Source: a virus (Duplodnaviria > Heunggongvirae > Uroviricota > Caudoviricetes). Taken from it: a DNA stretch of 35,013 nt. Under the pieces are notes generated by a model, which worked only from the letters and a program-made list of their open reading frames with translations, made no database searches and was not told where the DNA came from. Positions 8,433 through 16,899 of this stretch are shown here, in pieces. The first letter of the stretch is position 1. Each line of letters starts with the position of its first letter. Position numbers and translations under genes: made by a program. The DNA lies in the IMG/VR virus record IMGVR_UViG_2534681831_000020, positions 1 to 35,013 of that record; one strand, given 5' to 3'.

Positions 8433-10014
8433 GTGGTGTTGTCTCCTCTTCCGGCCTGCGACTCTCCGCTATCTGCTGCTGATACGCCTGCGCTATCCAC
8501 ACCGGGCGTGAGAGTCCGGCTTTTTCCCGCTCTGCAGATTCCCTGACCTGCTGGCGGAAAATGTCCTGATAATCCTCGCCCATCAGCGCCAGCTCTTTCT
8601 CATACGTGCTCAGTCCGGCCTCAATGCGCATCACTGATTCCTGGACTTCCTTGAGCCCGTCAATGGCCATTCTTCCGGCACCAATCCACTCTGCCCGTGA
8701 CCAGGCTGATCGCGCCTGATAAAAATCAAAACGTGCCCGTGGCGGACGAATAATCCCCCGAAGAAGTGCCTCTTCCAGCCAGCAGGAAAACATCTGCGTG
8801 GCCAGTCGGGCCGCAATAAATTTTCGCCGCCCCATAAAATAGCGCCACGACTCATTGGCGGAGGCGCGGGCACTTGAGTAACTGACCTTCGAGTAATCAC
8901 GGGACAACTGTTCGTAGGAAACGCCAAGACCGGCGGCGATATACCGCAGCAGCGCCTGTTCAAGCGCCGAAAATCCATTGTCTGAATCCTGCGCTGTCTG
9001 CAGTTTCAGATCATCACCAGGGAAAAGGTGCGGAATTTTGACACCGCCCAGCGTCACGTGATTCGTGTCATACCAGCTGGAGAACTTCTCCAGAATATTA
9101 ATAAGCGGATTATCCTTCTGCTCCTGTGGCGCGCCGGCGATATATTCAAAGGCCTTTTCGGTATCAAGTTCACTTTCAATCGTCGCTGCATACATCGCCT
9201 TCACTATGGCCGACTGAAGCTGTGTTGCCTGCAGGGAATCGAGCATCTTCAGCCGTTCCATGACGCTGTAAAACTGATTAGCCCCACGGGTCTGCCCGTC
9301 CTCCACCGGCTCGAAAATATGCAGCATAGCCGGACGCCCGGTGGGAAGTTCACGCGGGATCCGTTCCCATCGTCCACTACCAGAGAACGGAAAATCATCC
9401 TCACAAATATGGTACGCGACGGCACGGCCATATCGATCGACCTCCACACCGGCCCGCAGAAAACGGTTCCCCATACCGTGTCCAGGCGTGTCCACCCGTT
9501 TCGGACTCACGGCTTTAAAACGCGTACGGAATAACTGCGTGGTTTCCGTATCCCAGACCGGCTGCACAAAGATTTCGCCGTTAAACGCATGAACGCCCAC
9601 ACCTTCACGGATAAATTCCGTGAACGTGCGTTTTCCTTCCACGTCGATCTCGCCAGACATCCCTTCGGCGTATTCCGACCAGGCCGCCTCCACCTCATCG
9701 ACAAAGCTTTTTGCTGCGGTCTCCCGCATCCCCAGCCAGCGCCAGTTCGGACGGTAGCTGATCAGAAACATATGCCCGACAATGTGATCCTTATGCAGAG
9801 CCACCGCATTAGCCGCTATTCCGTTATTGCGCACCAGATCATCTGCCCGGGCATTCCCCAGACGCAACGCGGGTAGCAGGGCCGCATCGGCACTCTGCGC
9901 CGGTGGCAACCACTCCGCCATTTGCCCGCCAAATCCTGCACCGCCCCCGTTGTAGCTGAGACTCTCACGAAGCGGAACGCCGTTCACATCAATCAGGACA
10001 GGCGTTCGTTTCAT
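8422..10014 (-). CDS. B: portal protein B
   Basis: 530 aa, lambda B-like along its length (lambda B is 533 aa); overlaps C start and W end as in lambda. Confidence 0.9.
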   Translation of the reverse strand: MKRTPVLIDVNGVPLRESLSYNGGGAGFGGQMAEWLPPAQSADAALLPALRLGNARADDLVRNNGIAANAVALHKDHIVGHMFLISYRPNWRWLGMRETAAKSFVDEVEAAWSEYAEGMSGEIDVEGKRTFTEFIREGVGVHAFNGEIFVQPVWDTETTQLFRTRFKAVSPKRVDTPGHGMGNRFLRAGVEVDRYGRAVAYHICEDDFPFSGSGRWERIPRELPTGRPAMLHIFEPVEDGQTRGANQFYSVMERLKMLDSLQATQLQSAIVKAMYAATIESELDTEKAFEYIAGAPQEQKDNPLINILEKFSSWYDTNHVTLGGVKIPHLFPGDDLKLQTAQDSDNGFSALEQALLRYIAAGLGVSYEQLSRDYSKVSYSSARASANESWRYFMGRRKFIAARLATQMFSCWLEEALLRGIIRPPRARFDFYQARSAWSRAEWIGAGRMAIDGLKEVQESVMRIEAGLSTYEKELALMGEDYQDIFRQQVRESAEREKAGLSRPVWIAQAYQQQIAESRRPEEETTPRET

Positions 10015-10217
10015 AACCTCACTCCCAGCGGACGACGGCGACGCCGGGTTGTCCCCAGTACCGACTCCGCATCATTGATCGCCCGGTTAAGCTCATCCAG
10101 AGAAGCCGCCGTATATTCAATTCTGCGACCATCTTTCTGGACAGACACCACCCGTTTACCGGTTAATAAATCAAGGCGCGCCTGACGCAGCGCCTGCAGT
10201 TCAGCGACTGTAACCAT
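10011..10217 (-). CDS. W: head-tail joining protein W
   Basis: 68 aa, ...LLTGKRVVSVQKDGRRIEYTAASLDEL...RRRR, lambda W-like (same length). Confidence 0.75.
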   Translation of the reverse strand: MVTVAELQALRQARLDLLTGKRVVSVQKDGRRIEYTAASLDELNRAINDAESVLGTTRRRRRPLGVRL

Positions 10218-12129
10218 TCACTCCTCCGGACAGCTTCGCTGCCAGTTCTTTAAGGGTTGGCCGGGTCGTCTCTTCTTCCCGGGATTTTGCCAGTACAGCC
10301 AGATCAAGCTGCCAGCGTTGCACGGACACACGTAATGCCGCGTAGGCATACACCAGGCAGTCCAGCGCTTCGTTACGCCGCTTTTTGTTATCCCACAGCA
10401 GACGCATCTTTCCTTTTTCCCACTTCTCCACAAGCTCTTCCGCGACCAGTTGCTGCGCCTCTGTCTGCGAAAAAATCTCCGGATCATCAGGAAAACGGAT
10501 GGCATACGACGTGGCTTCATCCGCAGGCGTGGGATCGGCTTTCATACGGGCATAGAGAATTTCTTTTGCGGTGTCCGTTCCCACTTCACACAGATACACG
10601 CCCCGCTGATTGCGGGTTTTTGGCATGGTGATCACCGGCTTGCCATAGACAGATGCGCCTTTTACCGGCAGCACCCGGAAAACACCGTGTTTTTTTGATC
10701 TCTGATAAACAATTTCACCATCGATCCCCCCGGTGTCCCAGCAGACACGGGAAATAGTCATTTCGGTGCCATCCGCATGGCGGTATTTTTTGTTGATCGC
10801 CGCATCCACACGTAACAGCGTCTCTTCCTCATCAGGACGCCCCATAATGATGATTTTATCCACCAGGAAGGCTTCCTCTCCCGGAGCCCATCCCCAGACA
10901 TACATCTCAAAACGGTTTCGCTGCGAGTCAATGCCCGCCGTCAGATAAACCACCCGGGCAGGCACCGCCGCCGTGTAACGCACCACCTTATCCATCAGTA
11001 CCTGGTGATCGAGTTTTTCGCCCACGGCCTCTTCCCAGGTCTCGCCCAGCGTGGTGTTCACAAAGGTTTTCAGGCCGTTGGGATCTTTCAGTGCATCCAG
11101 CCAGTCATAGACAATCTGTACCCAGGTGGTGAACGGACTGTACGCCGTCCAGATATGGAACGTGATGGAGCGCGGCGGCGGAATTTCATCACCCCGGGCG
11201 CTGAAAAACGTCAGACCGTCACGGGTCCACATGCCTGTGTTTTCACAGATCCACCGCCCGTTGCTCTGGTCCAGTTCAGACTGATGGATCACGCAGCCAT
11301 GATGTTCACAGAGGTAGAAAACACTTTCAGGGCTGTCCTTCTCCCATTTAAGCCCAAAAGGCGTGGACTCATCGCCAAATTTCAGATACTGCTCCTCCCC
11401 ACAGTGCGGGCAGGGCACATAAAAACGCATAAAATGCGCCGACTCGTTAGCGGCTTTTTCGATCTGGCAGGTGCCTTTGATTTTAGGCGTCGAGCCGCGA
11501 ATGGATTTTGGCCACACCGACCCCTCAATACGCTTATCCCCCAGCAGGGTTGGCGAGCCCTCTTTTTCGACATCCGGCTCGAACGAGGAAAGTTCGTCAT
11601 AGCAGACCACGTCCACGGATTTTTCACGGTAGTTTTTGGCGGCAGCGCCGCCCAGGCACCAGAAACCGACGCCCGATGAAAAGCGTTTCAGCGTGAGAGT
11701 ATTGTCACGATGTTTACGACCCAGCCATGGGGAAAGGTCTTTCAGGCATGGCACGTTCCGAATCGTCGCCTCCACGTGAGACTTCATAAAATCTTCAGCG
11801 GCAGAATCCGTGGGCTGAAAAAGCAGACTGTTTCGGGATTTATGCTCAATAAAATACCCGACCACCCCCAGCAACATCTTTGTATAGCCAACACGGGCAG
11901 ATTTAATCAGATTAACAGTGCGGATCTGATCATTCCCCATGCTGTTCATGATGGCGATCTGGAATGGCAGCGTTTTCCATTCGCCCTCACCATATGAAGA
12001 TTCTTTAGGCAGATAATAATTTTGATCAGCCCATTCAACTGGCGTCACCGGCAATGCCCTTATCAGGGGCTGTAATGCAGTTGTGACAGCGCTCATCATA
12101 TTATTCAGTTGTTGCTCTGATATATTCAT
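10201..12129 (-). CDS. A: terminase large subunit A
   Basis: Start set at the internal ATG giving MNISEQQLNN..., as lambda A begins MNISNSQ; collinear with lambda A including the WADQNYYLPKES, GDKRIEGSVWPKSIRGSTPK and CWDTGGIDGEIVYQRSKKHG regions; overlaps the Nu1 3' end as in lambda. Confidence 0.9.
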   Translation of the reverse strand: MNISEQQLNNMMSAVTTALQPLIRALPVTPVEWADQNYYLPKESSYGEGEWKTLPFQIAIMNSMGNDQIRTVNLIKSARVGYTKMLLGVVGYFIEHKSRNSLLFQPTDSAAEDFMKSHVEATIRNVPCLKDLSPWLGRKHRDNTLTLKRFSSGVGFWCLGGAAAKNYREKSVDVVCYDELSSFEPDVEKEGSPTLLGDKRIEGSVWPKSIRGSTPKIKGTCQIEKAANESAHFMRFYVPCPHCGEEQYLKFGDESTPFGLKWEKDSPESVFYLCEHHGCVIHQSELDQSNGRWICENTGMWTRDGLTFFSARGDEIPPPRSITFHIWTAYSPFTTWVQIVYDWLDALKDPNGLKTFVNTTLGETWEEAVGEKLDHQVLMDKVVRYTAAVPARVVYLTAGIDSQRNRFEMYVWGWAPGEEAFLVDKIIIMGRPDEEETLLRVDAAINKKYRHADGTEMTISRVCWDTGGIDGEIVYQRSKKHGVFRVLPVKGASVYGKPVITMPKTRNQRGVYLCEVGTDTAKEILYARMKADPTPADEATSYAIRFPDDPEIFSQTEAQQLVAEELVEKWEKGKMRLLWDNKKRRNEALDCLVYAYAALRVSVQRWQLDLAVLAKSREEETTRPTLKELAAKLSGGVNGYSR

Positions 12130-12607
12130 CAAGTAAATCCGGTAATTTATCCCCTGCCCGCGCACACTGATTTGCCCCCTTAGCAATAAGGGTTTTCAGA
12201 TGGTCAAGATGGCGCGGTGTTAAATCAGGAAACTGTCGCTGCATGGATAAAGGGATGGAATCAAGCGTACTGGATAACGCCATTGCCAGCTTACTGAGGG
12301 CAAAAATACAGAATCCGGCGTCAATAAGCTTACCTTCGGTTACCTGATTTTTAAGTTTTTGAGCTACGGCCTGTTCTTCTGTCAGTTCAGCTCTGGCCCG
12401 AAGCAGCCTTTCCTCCAGATCGCCCTCGTCATCAGGTATTCTCTGATTGTGTTGTCGCCGCTCGCGATCTATCTCCAGTACAGTTTTAACGTCATAAAAA
12501 ACTTCCCTCCCCCGACGCTCAACAGGAGGAACGCCCCATTTATCAAATGCCTGAACAGATATACCGATGGAGGAGGCCATATCACTTTTATTCAATAAAA
12601 AGGCCAT
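12101..12607 (-). CDS. Nu1: terminase small subunit Nu1
   Basis: C-terminal part ...IDAGFCIFALSKLAMALSSTLDSIPLSMQRQFPDLTPRHLDHLK resembles lambda Nu1; start chosen at ATG 12607 (MAFLLNKSDMASSIG, preceded by GGAGAGGAG); the track ORF extends to 12712. Confidence 0.75.
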   Translation of the reverse strand: MAFLLNKSDMASSIGISVQAFDKWGVPPVERRGREVFYDVKTVLEIDRERRQHNQRIPDDEGDLEERLLRARAELTEEQAVAQKLKNQVTEGKLIDAGFCIFALSKLAMALSSTLDSIPLSMQRQFPDLTPRHLDHLKTLIAKGANQCARAGDKLPDLLDEYIRATTE

Positions 12608-12822
12608 CTCCTCTCCATAAGCCATCGATAAAAAGCGATACAACAACCATGTGTTTTTACAAAACCATTTGATATCATTGACATTTTTCGCATTGACGAC
12701 ATCAAAACACATCGTAAGGTTGTTGTATTTATTTTATTTTCACCTTACTTATCAATTAGATATGCCAAACAATTAAACAACAACTCCCCCTCAAAAAATC
12801 TCATAAATAGCGAAAACCCGCG

Positions 12823-12834
12823 AGGTCGCCGCCC
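12823..12834. other. cosN cohesive-end site
   Basis: Plus strand reads tcataaatagcgaaaacccgcgAGGTCGCCGCCCcgtaacctgtcgg; the capitalised 12-mer is the reverse complement of the lambda cohesive end GGGCGGCGACCT and the flanks match lambda left-end and right-end sequence; lies about 200 bp upstream of Nu1. Confidence 0.8.
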
Positions 12835-13033
12835 CGTAACCTGTCGGATCGCCGGAAAGGACCCGTAAAATGATAATAATTATCATCTACATGTCACAAC
12901 GTGCATCTACGCCATCAAACCACGTCAAATAATCAATTATGACGCAGGTATCGTATTAATTGATCTGCATCAAATTAACGTAAAAGCAACTTCAGATAAT
13001 ACAAATCAGCAACACTGAATATGGGGCAACATT

Positions 13034-13258
13034 ATGTCATCAAAGAACAGAACCCGCAGAACAACAACCCGCAACATCCGATTTCCAAACCAGATGATTG
13101 AACAAATTAACATCGCTCTTGATCTGAAAGGTTCAGGAAATTTTTCAGCGTGGGTTATTGAAGCCTGCAGAAGAAGATTAATTAATGAAAAATATTCTCA
13201 ATTTGTACCCAACAAAGACAAACACGACCAGAGCACCTGTTCAGACAGGTTTACTTAA
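13034..13258 (+). CDS. DUF3950-family small protein (YlcI/YnfO-like)
   Basis: 74 aa, MSSKNRTRRTTTRNIRFPNQMIEQINIALDLKGSGNFSAWVIEACRRRL...; resembles the small protein found next to the Nu1 homologues in E. coli K-12 cryptic prophages (recalled, not searched). Confidence 0.55.
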   Translation: MSSKNRTRRTTTRNIRFPNQMIEQINIALDLKGSGNFSAWVIEACRRRLINEKYSQFVPNKDKHDQSTCSDRFT

Positions 13259-13282
13259 ACGACTTATATATGACACAAAAAG

Positions 13283-13305
13283 CGACCACTAAAGTCGCTT
13301 TTTCT
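13283..13305 (+). terminator. candidate intrinsic terminator downstream of the YlcI-like gene
   Basis: aaagcgac-cactaaa-gtcgcttttt: short GC stem followed by a T-run, about 25 nt after the stop codon. Confidence 0.4.
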
Positions 13306-13339
13306 TATGGTAACAGGCAATAACTCTCTCAGATATTTT

Positions 13340-13579
13340 TTAGCATTTTTTTGACCGCGCGTTTCCGGACGTATTCTGTTCTCCTGTCCCTTTATATCGT
13401 CGGAATACCCGCCGCTCTTCAAATCCCATTCCCAACTCAGAATGTAGTCTGTTGACCGCTTGTTTTATTTCGGTCAGGTTCACCGGTGAAACCGGAGTCC
13501 GGCGCGCCTTACGCAAACACTCTGCTCGTTTCTGTGCCGCCACTTTTCTTTTCTGGTCATCACTTAGCTGTACCATCAC
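13340..13579 (-). CDS. hypothetical small basic protein
   Basis: 79-aa ORF from the track only; no recognisable family; sits in an AT-rich spacer between Rz and cos. Confidence 0.2.
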   Translation of the reverse strand: MMVQLSDDQKRKVAAQKRAECLRKARRTPVSPVNLTEIKQAVNRLHSELGMGFEERRVFRRYKGTGEQNTSGNARSKKC

Positions 13580-14117
13580 TTTTGCCCATCGTTCAGCTGC
13601 TCTCCGGTACAGTCCTTTTTTCTCCTAGACATTCTGCCAGGTGATCATGTAGCATAAGTAACCTCCGTTTATCTACAGACTGCCATCCTGAATTAACCGT
13701 CCTTAATAAGACAACAATAAAAACTAATTATATAAAAACAATAAAAATAATATACAAAAAAACTAAACAACAAAGAAAAGCAAATCATATCTGGCATTTT
13801 AATTGAAAGAGCAATTACCGAACAAAAGACGCTGACTATATACTCAAAACCAAACAACAATTCTGCCAATCAGGTATCATGGCAACACACGGAATTACCA
13901 TGTTTTTGCCTTCTCTGCCCATACAATACGGGCATATACTTCATACTCTATTGTAATATTTCTATCCATGCGCCCCACTCCATTTACCTGTAAATAATAT
14001 TCAAAATATTTATCACAGAAATCGTTTTTGGCCATGAACTGAGCACACTATAAAGTCCGGAACTGACTCTTTGTTAAATTACCTTAACGTTACCAGTAAC
14101 ACCTTCGTAACAAAACA

Positions 14118-14585
14118 TCACGGTATACACTGGGTACGGATATATTCCTGTGCTCCTTCCAGTTGCTTCTGCATTGCCATCAGCCGTTCTCTGAGGATGA
14201 AATAATCCCGTTCAGCGGCTTCTGCCAGTCGGGGACCGGTTGCATTATCCACGCCGGAGGTGATGGGGGCTTTACGCAAGGAGCCTGGACAGTTGGCGTT
14301 GATCCGCAGGCGCTTACGACCAGCGGCAACATCAGCGCGCAGAGTTTCATTTTCAGCTCTCGCATCGGCTAATTCCCTCGAGTATCTGGCATCAAGTGCA
14401 GCAACATCACGCTGGCGCTGCTGCATATCAGTAATGGTTGCATTTGCCAGCTCCAGCTCACTGACTTTTTTATCGCGCTGCTCTTTGTAGGTTATGGCGT
14501 TATCACGGTAATGATTCAGCCCCAGACTAAGCGCACCACAGGCCACCAGCAGGGCAATGATGACCACGCACAGTACGCGGTTCAT
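14118..14585 (-). CDS. Rz: spanin, inner membrane subunit Rz (i-spanin)
   Basis: Start set at MNRVLCVVIIALLVACGALSLGLNHYRDNAITYKEQRDK...; lambda Rz-like with N-terminal TM helix and coiled-coil region; Rz1 embedded in the +1 frame. Confidence 0.85.
   Translation of the reverse strand: MNRVLCVVIIALLVACGALSLGLNHYRDNAITYKEQRDKKVSELELANATITDMQQRQRDVAALDARYSRELADARAENETLRADVAAGRKRLRINANCPGSLRKAPITSGVDNATGPRLAEAAERDYFILRERLMAMQKQLEGAQEYIRTQCIP
14180..14365 (-). CDS. Rz1: spanin, outer membrane lipoprotein Rz1 (o-spanin), embedded in Rz
   Basis: MRELKMKLCALMLPLVVSACGS... with lipobox LVVSAC and proline-rich CVKPPSPPAWIMQPVPDWQKPLNGII, lambda Rz1-like; entirely inside Rz. Confidence 0.75.
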   Translation of the reverse strand: MRELKMKLCALMLPLVVSACGSTPTVQAPCVKPPSPPAWIMQPVPDWQKPLNGIISSSENG

Positions 14586-14586
14586 T

Positions 14587-14805
14587 TCACCACCAGCGTA
14601 TCTGACCAATGAAATAACCGGAAGCCATAATCACAAACACCAGCCAGATAAGGATGAACTTCCAGGTGGATAATTTTTCAGCCATCATTCGAATCTCCCG
14701 AATCAGTTTGCTAAAATCAAACACACTTTCTCCTTTGACTTTTCCGGAGTCAGGAAACACAAAACCCCACTTGCGGCCAACAAACGGGGTTTTACTTTTA
14801 TTCAC
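14587..14805 (-). CDS. hypothetical small membrane protein between R and Rz
   Basis: 72-aa ORF (GTG start in track; internal MMAEKL start also possible) with one hydrophobic helix FILIWLVFVIMASGYFIG; its stop abuts the Rz start codon. Confidence 0.3.
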   Translation of the reverse strand: MNKSKTPFVGRKWGFVFPDSGKVKGESVFDFSKLIREIRMMAEKLSTWKFILIWLVFVIMASGYFIGQIRWW

Positions 14806-14881
14806 TTAGTTTTTGCCAGTTCGCAGGATTTCGTGTTATCCGCCCGTGTGAGCAAACCGCATTTTCAGCAAAATATTCTGC

Positions 14882-15415
14882 TTATCTGTCAATTCCCCAG
14901 CACGCCAGCGCGCTCTCCTGGTCACGCCGTGAGACCTGACCGTAGCAGTTGTTTGAGCGAATACGGCAGTCTCTGCCGCCGTCCTTAATCCACCAGCGAA
15001 TCGCTTCGCAGGCTCCCCTGCGGTCACCTGCATTAATCCGTCTGTAAAACGTCGACGGGAAACACTTACCGGGGCCAATGTTGTACGGACAGAATGACGC
15101 AATCCCCGCTTTCTGGGGTTCGGTCAGTGGCACTCTGATGTTTTTCTCCACCCATGCCAGCGCCTTATCACGTTCAATGGCGTTAACCTGGTCGCATTTT
15201 TCCTTCGACAGCTTCATGCCAGGAATCACAGGCTTACCATCCACCATGATGGCACCTCGGCAGATGGTCCAGATACCCGCACCATCACGGTATGCCGTGG
15301 TGTGGTTACCTTCCTTTTCATCCAGAAACTGGTCGAGAATGTCAGGCGCAGGCGCACCAGCGGCAATCAGCGCCAGAACGGCAGCCGACAGGCCGTATTT
15401 GATTTTGGTGTTCAT
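14882..15415 (-). CDS. R: endolysin (phage lysozyme) with N-terminal signal-anchor-release (SAR) segment
   Basis: 177 aa; N-terminal weakly hydrophobic, Ala/Gly-rich stretch LSAAVLALIAAGAPAP typical of SAR endolysins, followed by a lysozyme-like body; lies between holin and Rz. Confidence 0.8.
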   Translation of the reverse strand: MNTKIKYGLSAAVLALIAAGAPAPDILDQFLDEKEGNHTTAYRDGAGIWTICRGAIMVDGKPVIPGMKLSKEKCDQVNAIERDKALAWVEKNIRVPLTEPQKAGIASFCPYNIGPGKCFPSTFYRRINAGDRRGACEAIRWWIKDGGRDCRIRSNNCYGQVSRRDQESALACWGIDR

Positions 15416-15457
15416 GGATATTTATCAGGATTTATCGGCAACAGATAACGAGCCAGC

Positions 15458-15880
15458 TTATATACGTCCTTTAAGATAAGTCAGTCCTGGATGAAACCAG
15501 TAAGCCGGCACTTTTTTAAAGGGCGGGTTGTCAAACTCACGAAGAAGAGCCTCCCGCACAACTGCATCCTTGTCCGCACCACTGGCCAGCGCTTCAATCT
15601 CAGCAGCTATCTGCAGATATCCCATGCAACGACCAATGCACTTCATCAGCCCCTGCTTTTTATTGTTCTTCAGGTAATCAATGGCAAATTCAATGAGCAC
15701 CTCACTATGCTGGTGCGATGGCGGTGTTACTTTTCCATTTTCTGAGATGGTTATTTTCCCAGCATCACCGGATACAACAAAGGATGGCCGGTTACACTCC
15801 CATTCCAGCTCACTGAAATTATCATTATGAATACTGAAACACTCTGAGAGATTTCTGCTCATCGCGGCGTTTTTTTTCAT
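15458..15880 (-). CDS. hypothetical protein inserted between holin and endolysin
   Basis: 140-aa ORF in a locally AT-richer segment; no family recognised; weak Shine-Dalgarno; overlaps a 49-aa ORF that has a strong one. Confidence 0.4.
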   Translation of the reverse strand: MKKNAAMSRNLSECFSIHNDNFSELEWECNRPSFVVSGDAGKITISENGKVTPPSHQHSEVLIEFAIDYLKNNKKQGLMKCIGRCMGYLQIAAEIEALASGADKDAVVREALLREFDNPPFKKVPAYWFHPGLTYLKGRI

Positions 15881-15974
15881 CTTCAGAAGGCATCAGCGTC
15901 GACAGTTTTTTATTCAGTTCAGCAATTTCATTTTCCAGACGACTGAAGCGCTGATTCATTTCTTCATGGTTCAT
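15825..15974 (-). CDS. hypothetical 49-aa protein immediately downstream of the holin stop codon
   Basis: MNHEEMNQRFSRLENEIAELNKKLSTLMPSEDEKKRRDEQKSLRVFQYS; the ATG is 3 nt after the holin stop, with GGGGAG about 9 nt upstream; overlaps the 140-aa ORF in another frame across an A8 run. Confidence 0.25.
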   Translation of the reverse strand: MNHEEMNQRFSRLENEIAELNKKLSTLMPSEDEKKRRDEQKSLRVFQYS

Positions 15975-15977
15975 CAC

Positions 15978-16193
15978 CTAATCTCCCCGGGCAGCCTTGC
16001 GACGGTCCTCTTTAATTTTGAAATACAGGTTAGTCAGATACGTCAGCAGGCCAAACAGCAGACTCCCCAGCACACCTATCGCCACCCACTGGGACGGAGA
16101 GACTTTGTCCAGCAGCTGCAGTAACCAGTATCCCGTCCCCACCGCTGACGTGGTGTATGACACACCTGTTGTGATTTTTTCCATCTGGTACAT
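15978..16193 (-). CDS. S: holin, phage-21 S-like (pinholin class)
   Basis: 71 aa, [71 protein letters not shown], close to the 71-aa S21-type holins of lambdoid prophages as I recall them; paired with a SAR endolysin. Confidence 0.85.
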   Translation of the reverse strand: MYQMEKITTGVSYTTSAVGTGYWLLQLLDKVSPSQWVAIGVLGSLLFGLLTYLTNLYFKIKEDRRKAARGD

Positions 16194-16269
16194 ACCCCGT
16201 CTCCCGTTATCCGGAAGCTCACAACATGAAAAAGGCCAGCAGCTGTTTACTGATGGCCCTGACTCCCCG

Positions 16270-16542
16270 TTACAGCATCATGACCGATTCGGGTTGAGGT
16301 TCAGTCGCATCGGCGACCGGTGATTCAGGCTGAACTTCACCGCTCTCTGCGGTGGTATCTCCCGCTTCAGTCGGTGGCTCTGCCTGTACACCAAGCAGCT
16401 CATCCAGAATGGCATCAACCTCTGCATCAAGACGCGCTTCCAGGTTATGGCGAAGTTTTTGTTTCAGTGCGCTCCGGACTTCTTCAGAGCGCAGGACTTC
16501 CTTCACTGCTTCAGCAGTGACCAGGGATGTAATTTCTGACAT
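16270..16542 (-). CDS. hypothetical acidic protein
   Basis: Start set at the internal ATG giving [28 protein letters not shown]...; the track ORF runs further upstream (to 16716) but overlaps the neighbouring small ORF. Confidence 0.35.
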   Translation of the reverse strand: MSEITSLVTAEAVKEVLRSEEVRSALKQKLRHNLEARLDAEVDAILDELLGVQAEPPTEAGDTTAESGEVQPESPVADATEPQPESVMML

Positions 16543-16582
16543 GGGATTTTCTCGTCGAAAGATGTGATTAAGAAAGTTGCCG

Positions 16583-16762
16583 CTAAATGAGCGGCTCTTC
16601 GGGTTTGCTTCCGGCTGACTGACTGGCGCTGATTTTCTCAGCGGCCCTTTTGTCAATCTGTCTGCGCCAGAAGTCACGCATGGCCCTGTACCCACCCGAA
16701 AGGAGATACAGCACACAGACCACCGTACAGAAGTACAGCATTAACTGGTTCAGAAATGTCAT
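16583..16762 (-). CDS. hypothetical small membrane protein (59 aa)
   Basis: MTFLNQLMLYFCTVVCVLYLLSGGYRAMRDFWRRQIDKRAAEKISASQSAGSKPEEPLI; one predicted TM helix; GGAAAG upstream of the ATG; below the ORF-track size cut-off. Confidence 0.3.
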   Translation of the reverse strand: MTFLNQLMLYFCTVVCVLYLLSGGYRAMRDFWRRQIDKRAAEKISASQSAGSKPEEPLI

Positions 16763-16860
16763 AATTTCTTTCCGTTATTGTTGACAATAAGAACTGTTTT
16801 CATTTAAAAAACCAGAGCACGAAAGTATCGTTCCTTTATTTTTTCTCCATAGGTATTACC

Positions 16861-16897
16861 ACCGCCAGCGTCCATTCCTGTCGCTGGCGGTTTTTTT
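16861..16897 (+). terminator. GC-rich hairpin followed by T8 (intrinsic terminator in the + direction) abutting the nanS-like stop codon
   Basis: accgccagcg-tccattcctgt-cgctggcgg-tttttttt; the T-run is on the plus strand only. Confidence 0.4.
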
Positions 16898-16899
16898 TA

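Noticed and set aside
10218-10520. 100-aa minus-strand ORF overlapping the 3' end of the terminase large subunit gene
   Set aside because: Alternative frame of gene A with arginine-rich low-complexity translation; lambda has no gene here.
15972-15980. Holin stop codon followed in frame by GTG-ATG and a 49-codon ORF, suggesting stop-codon read-through
   Set aside because: No read-through context is evident; simple translational coupling or reinitiation is sufficient, and the in-frame arrangement is most likely coincidental.
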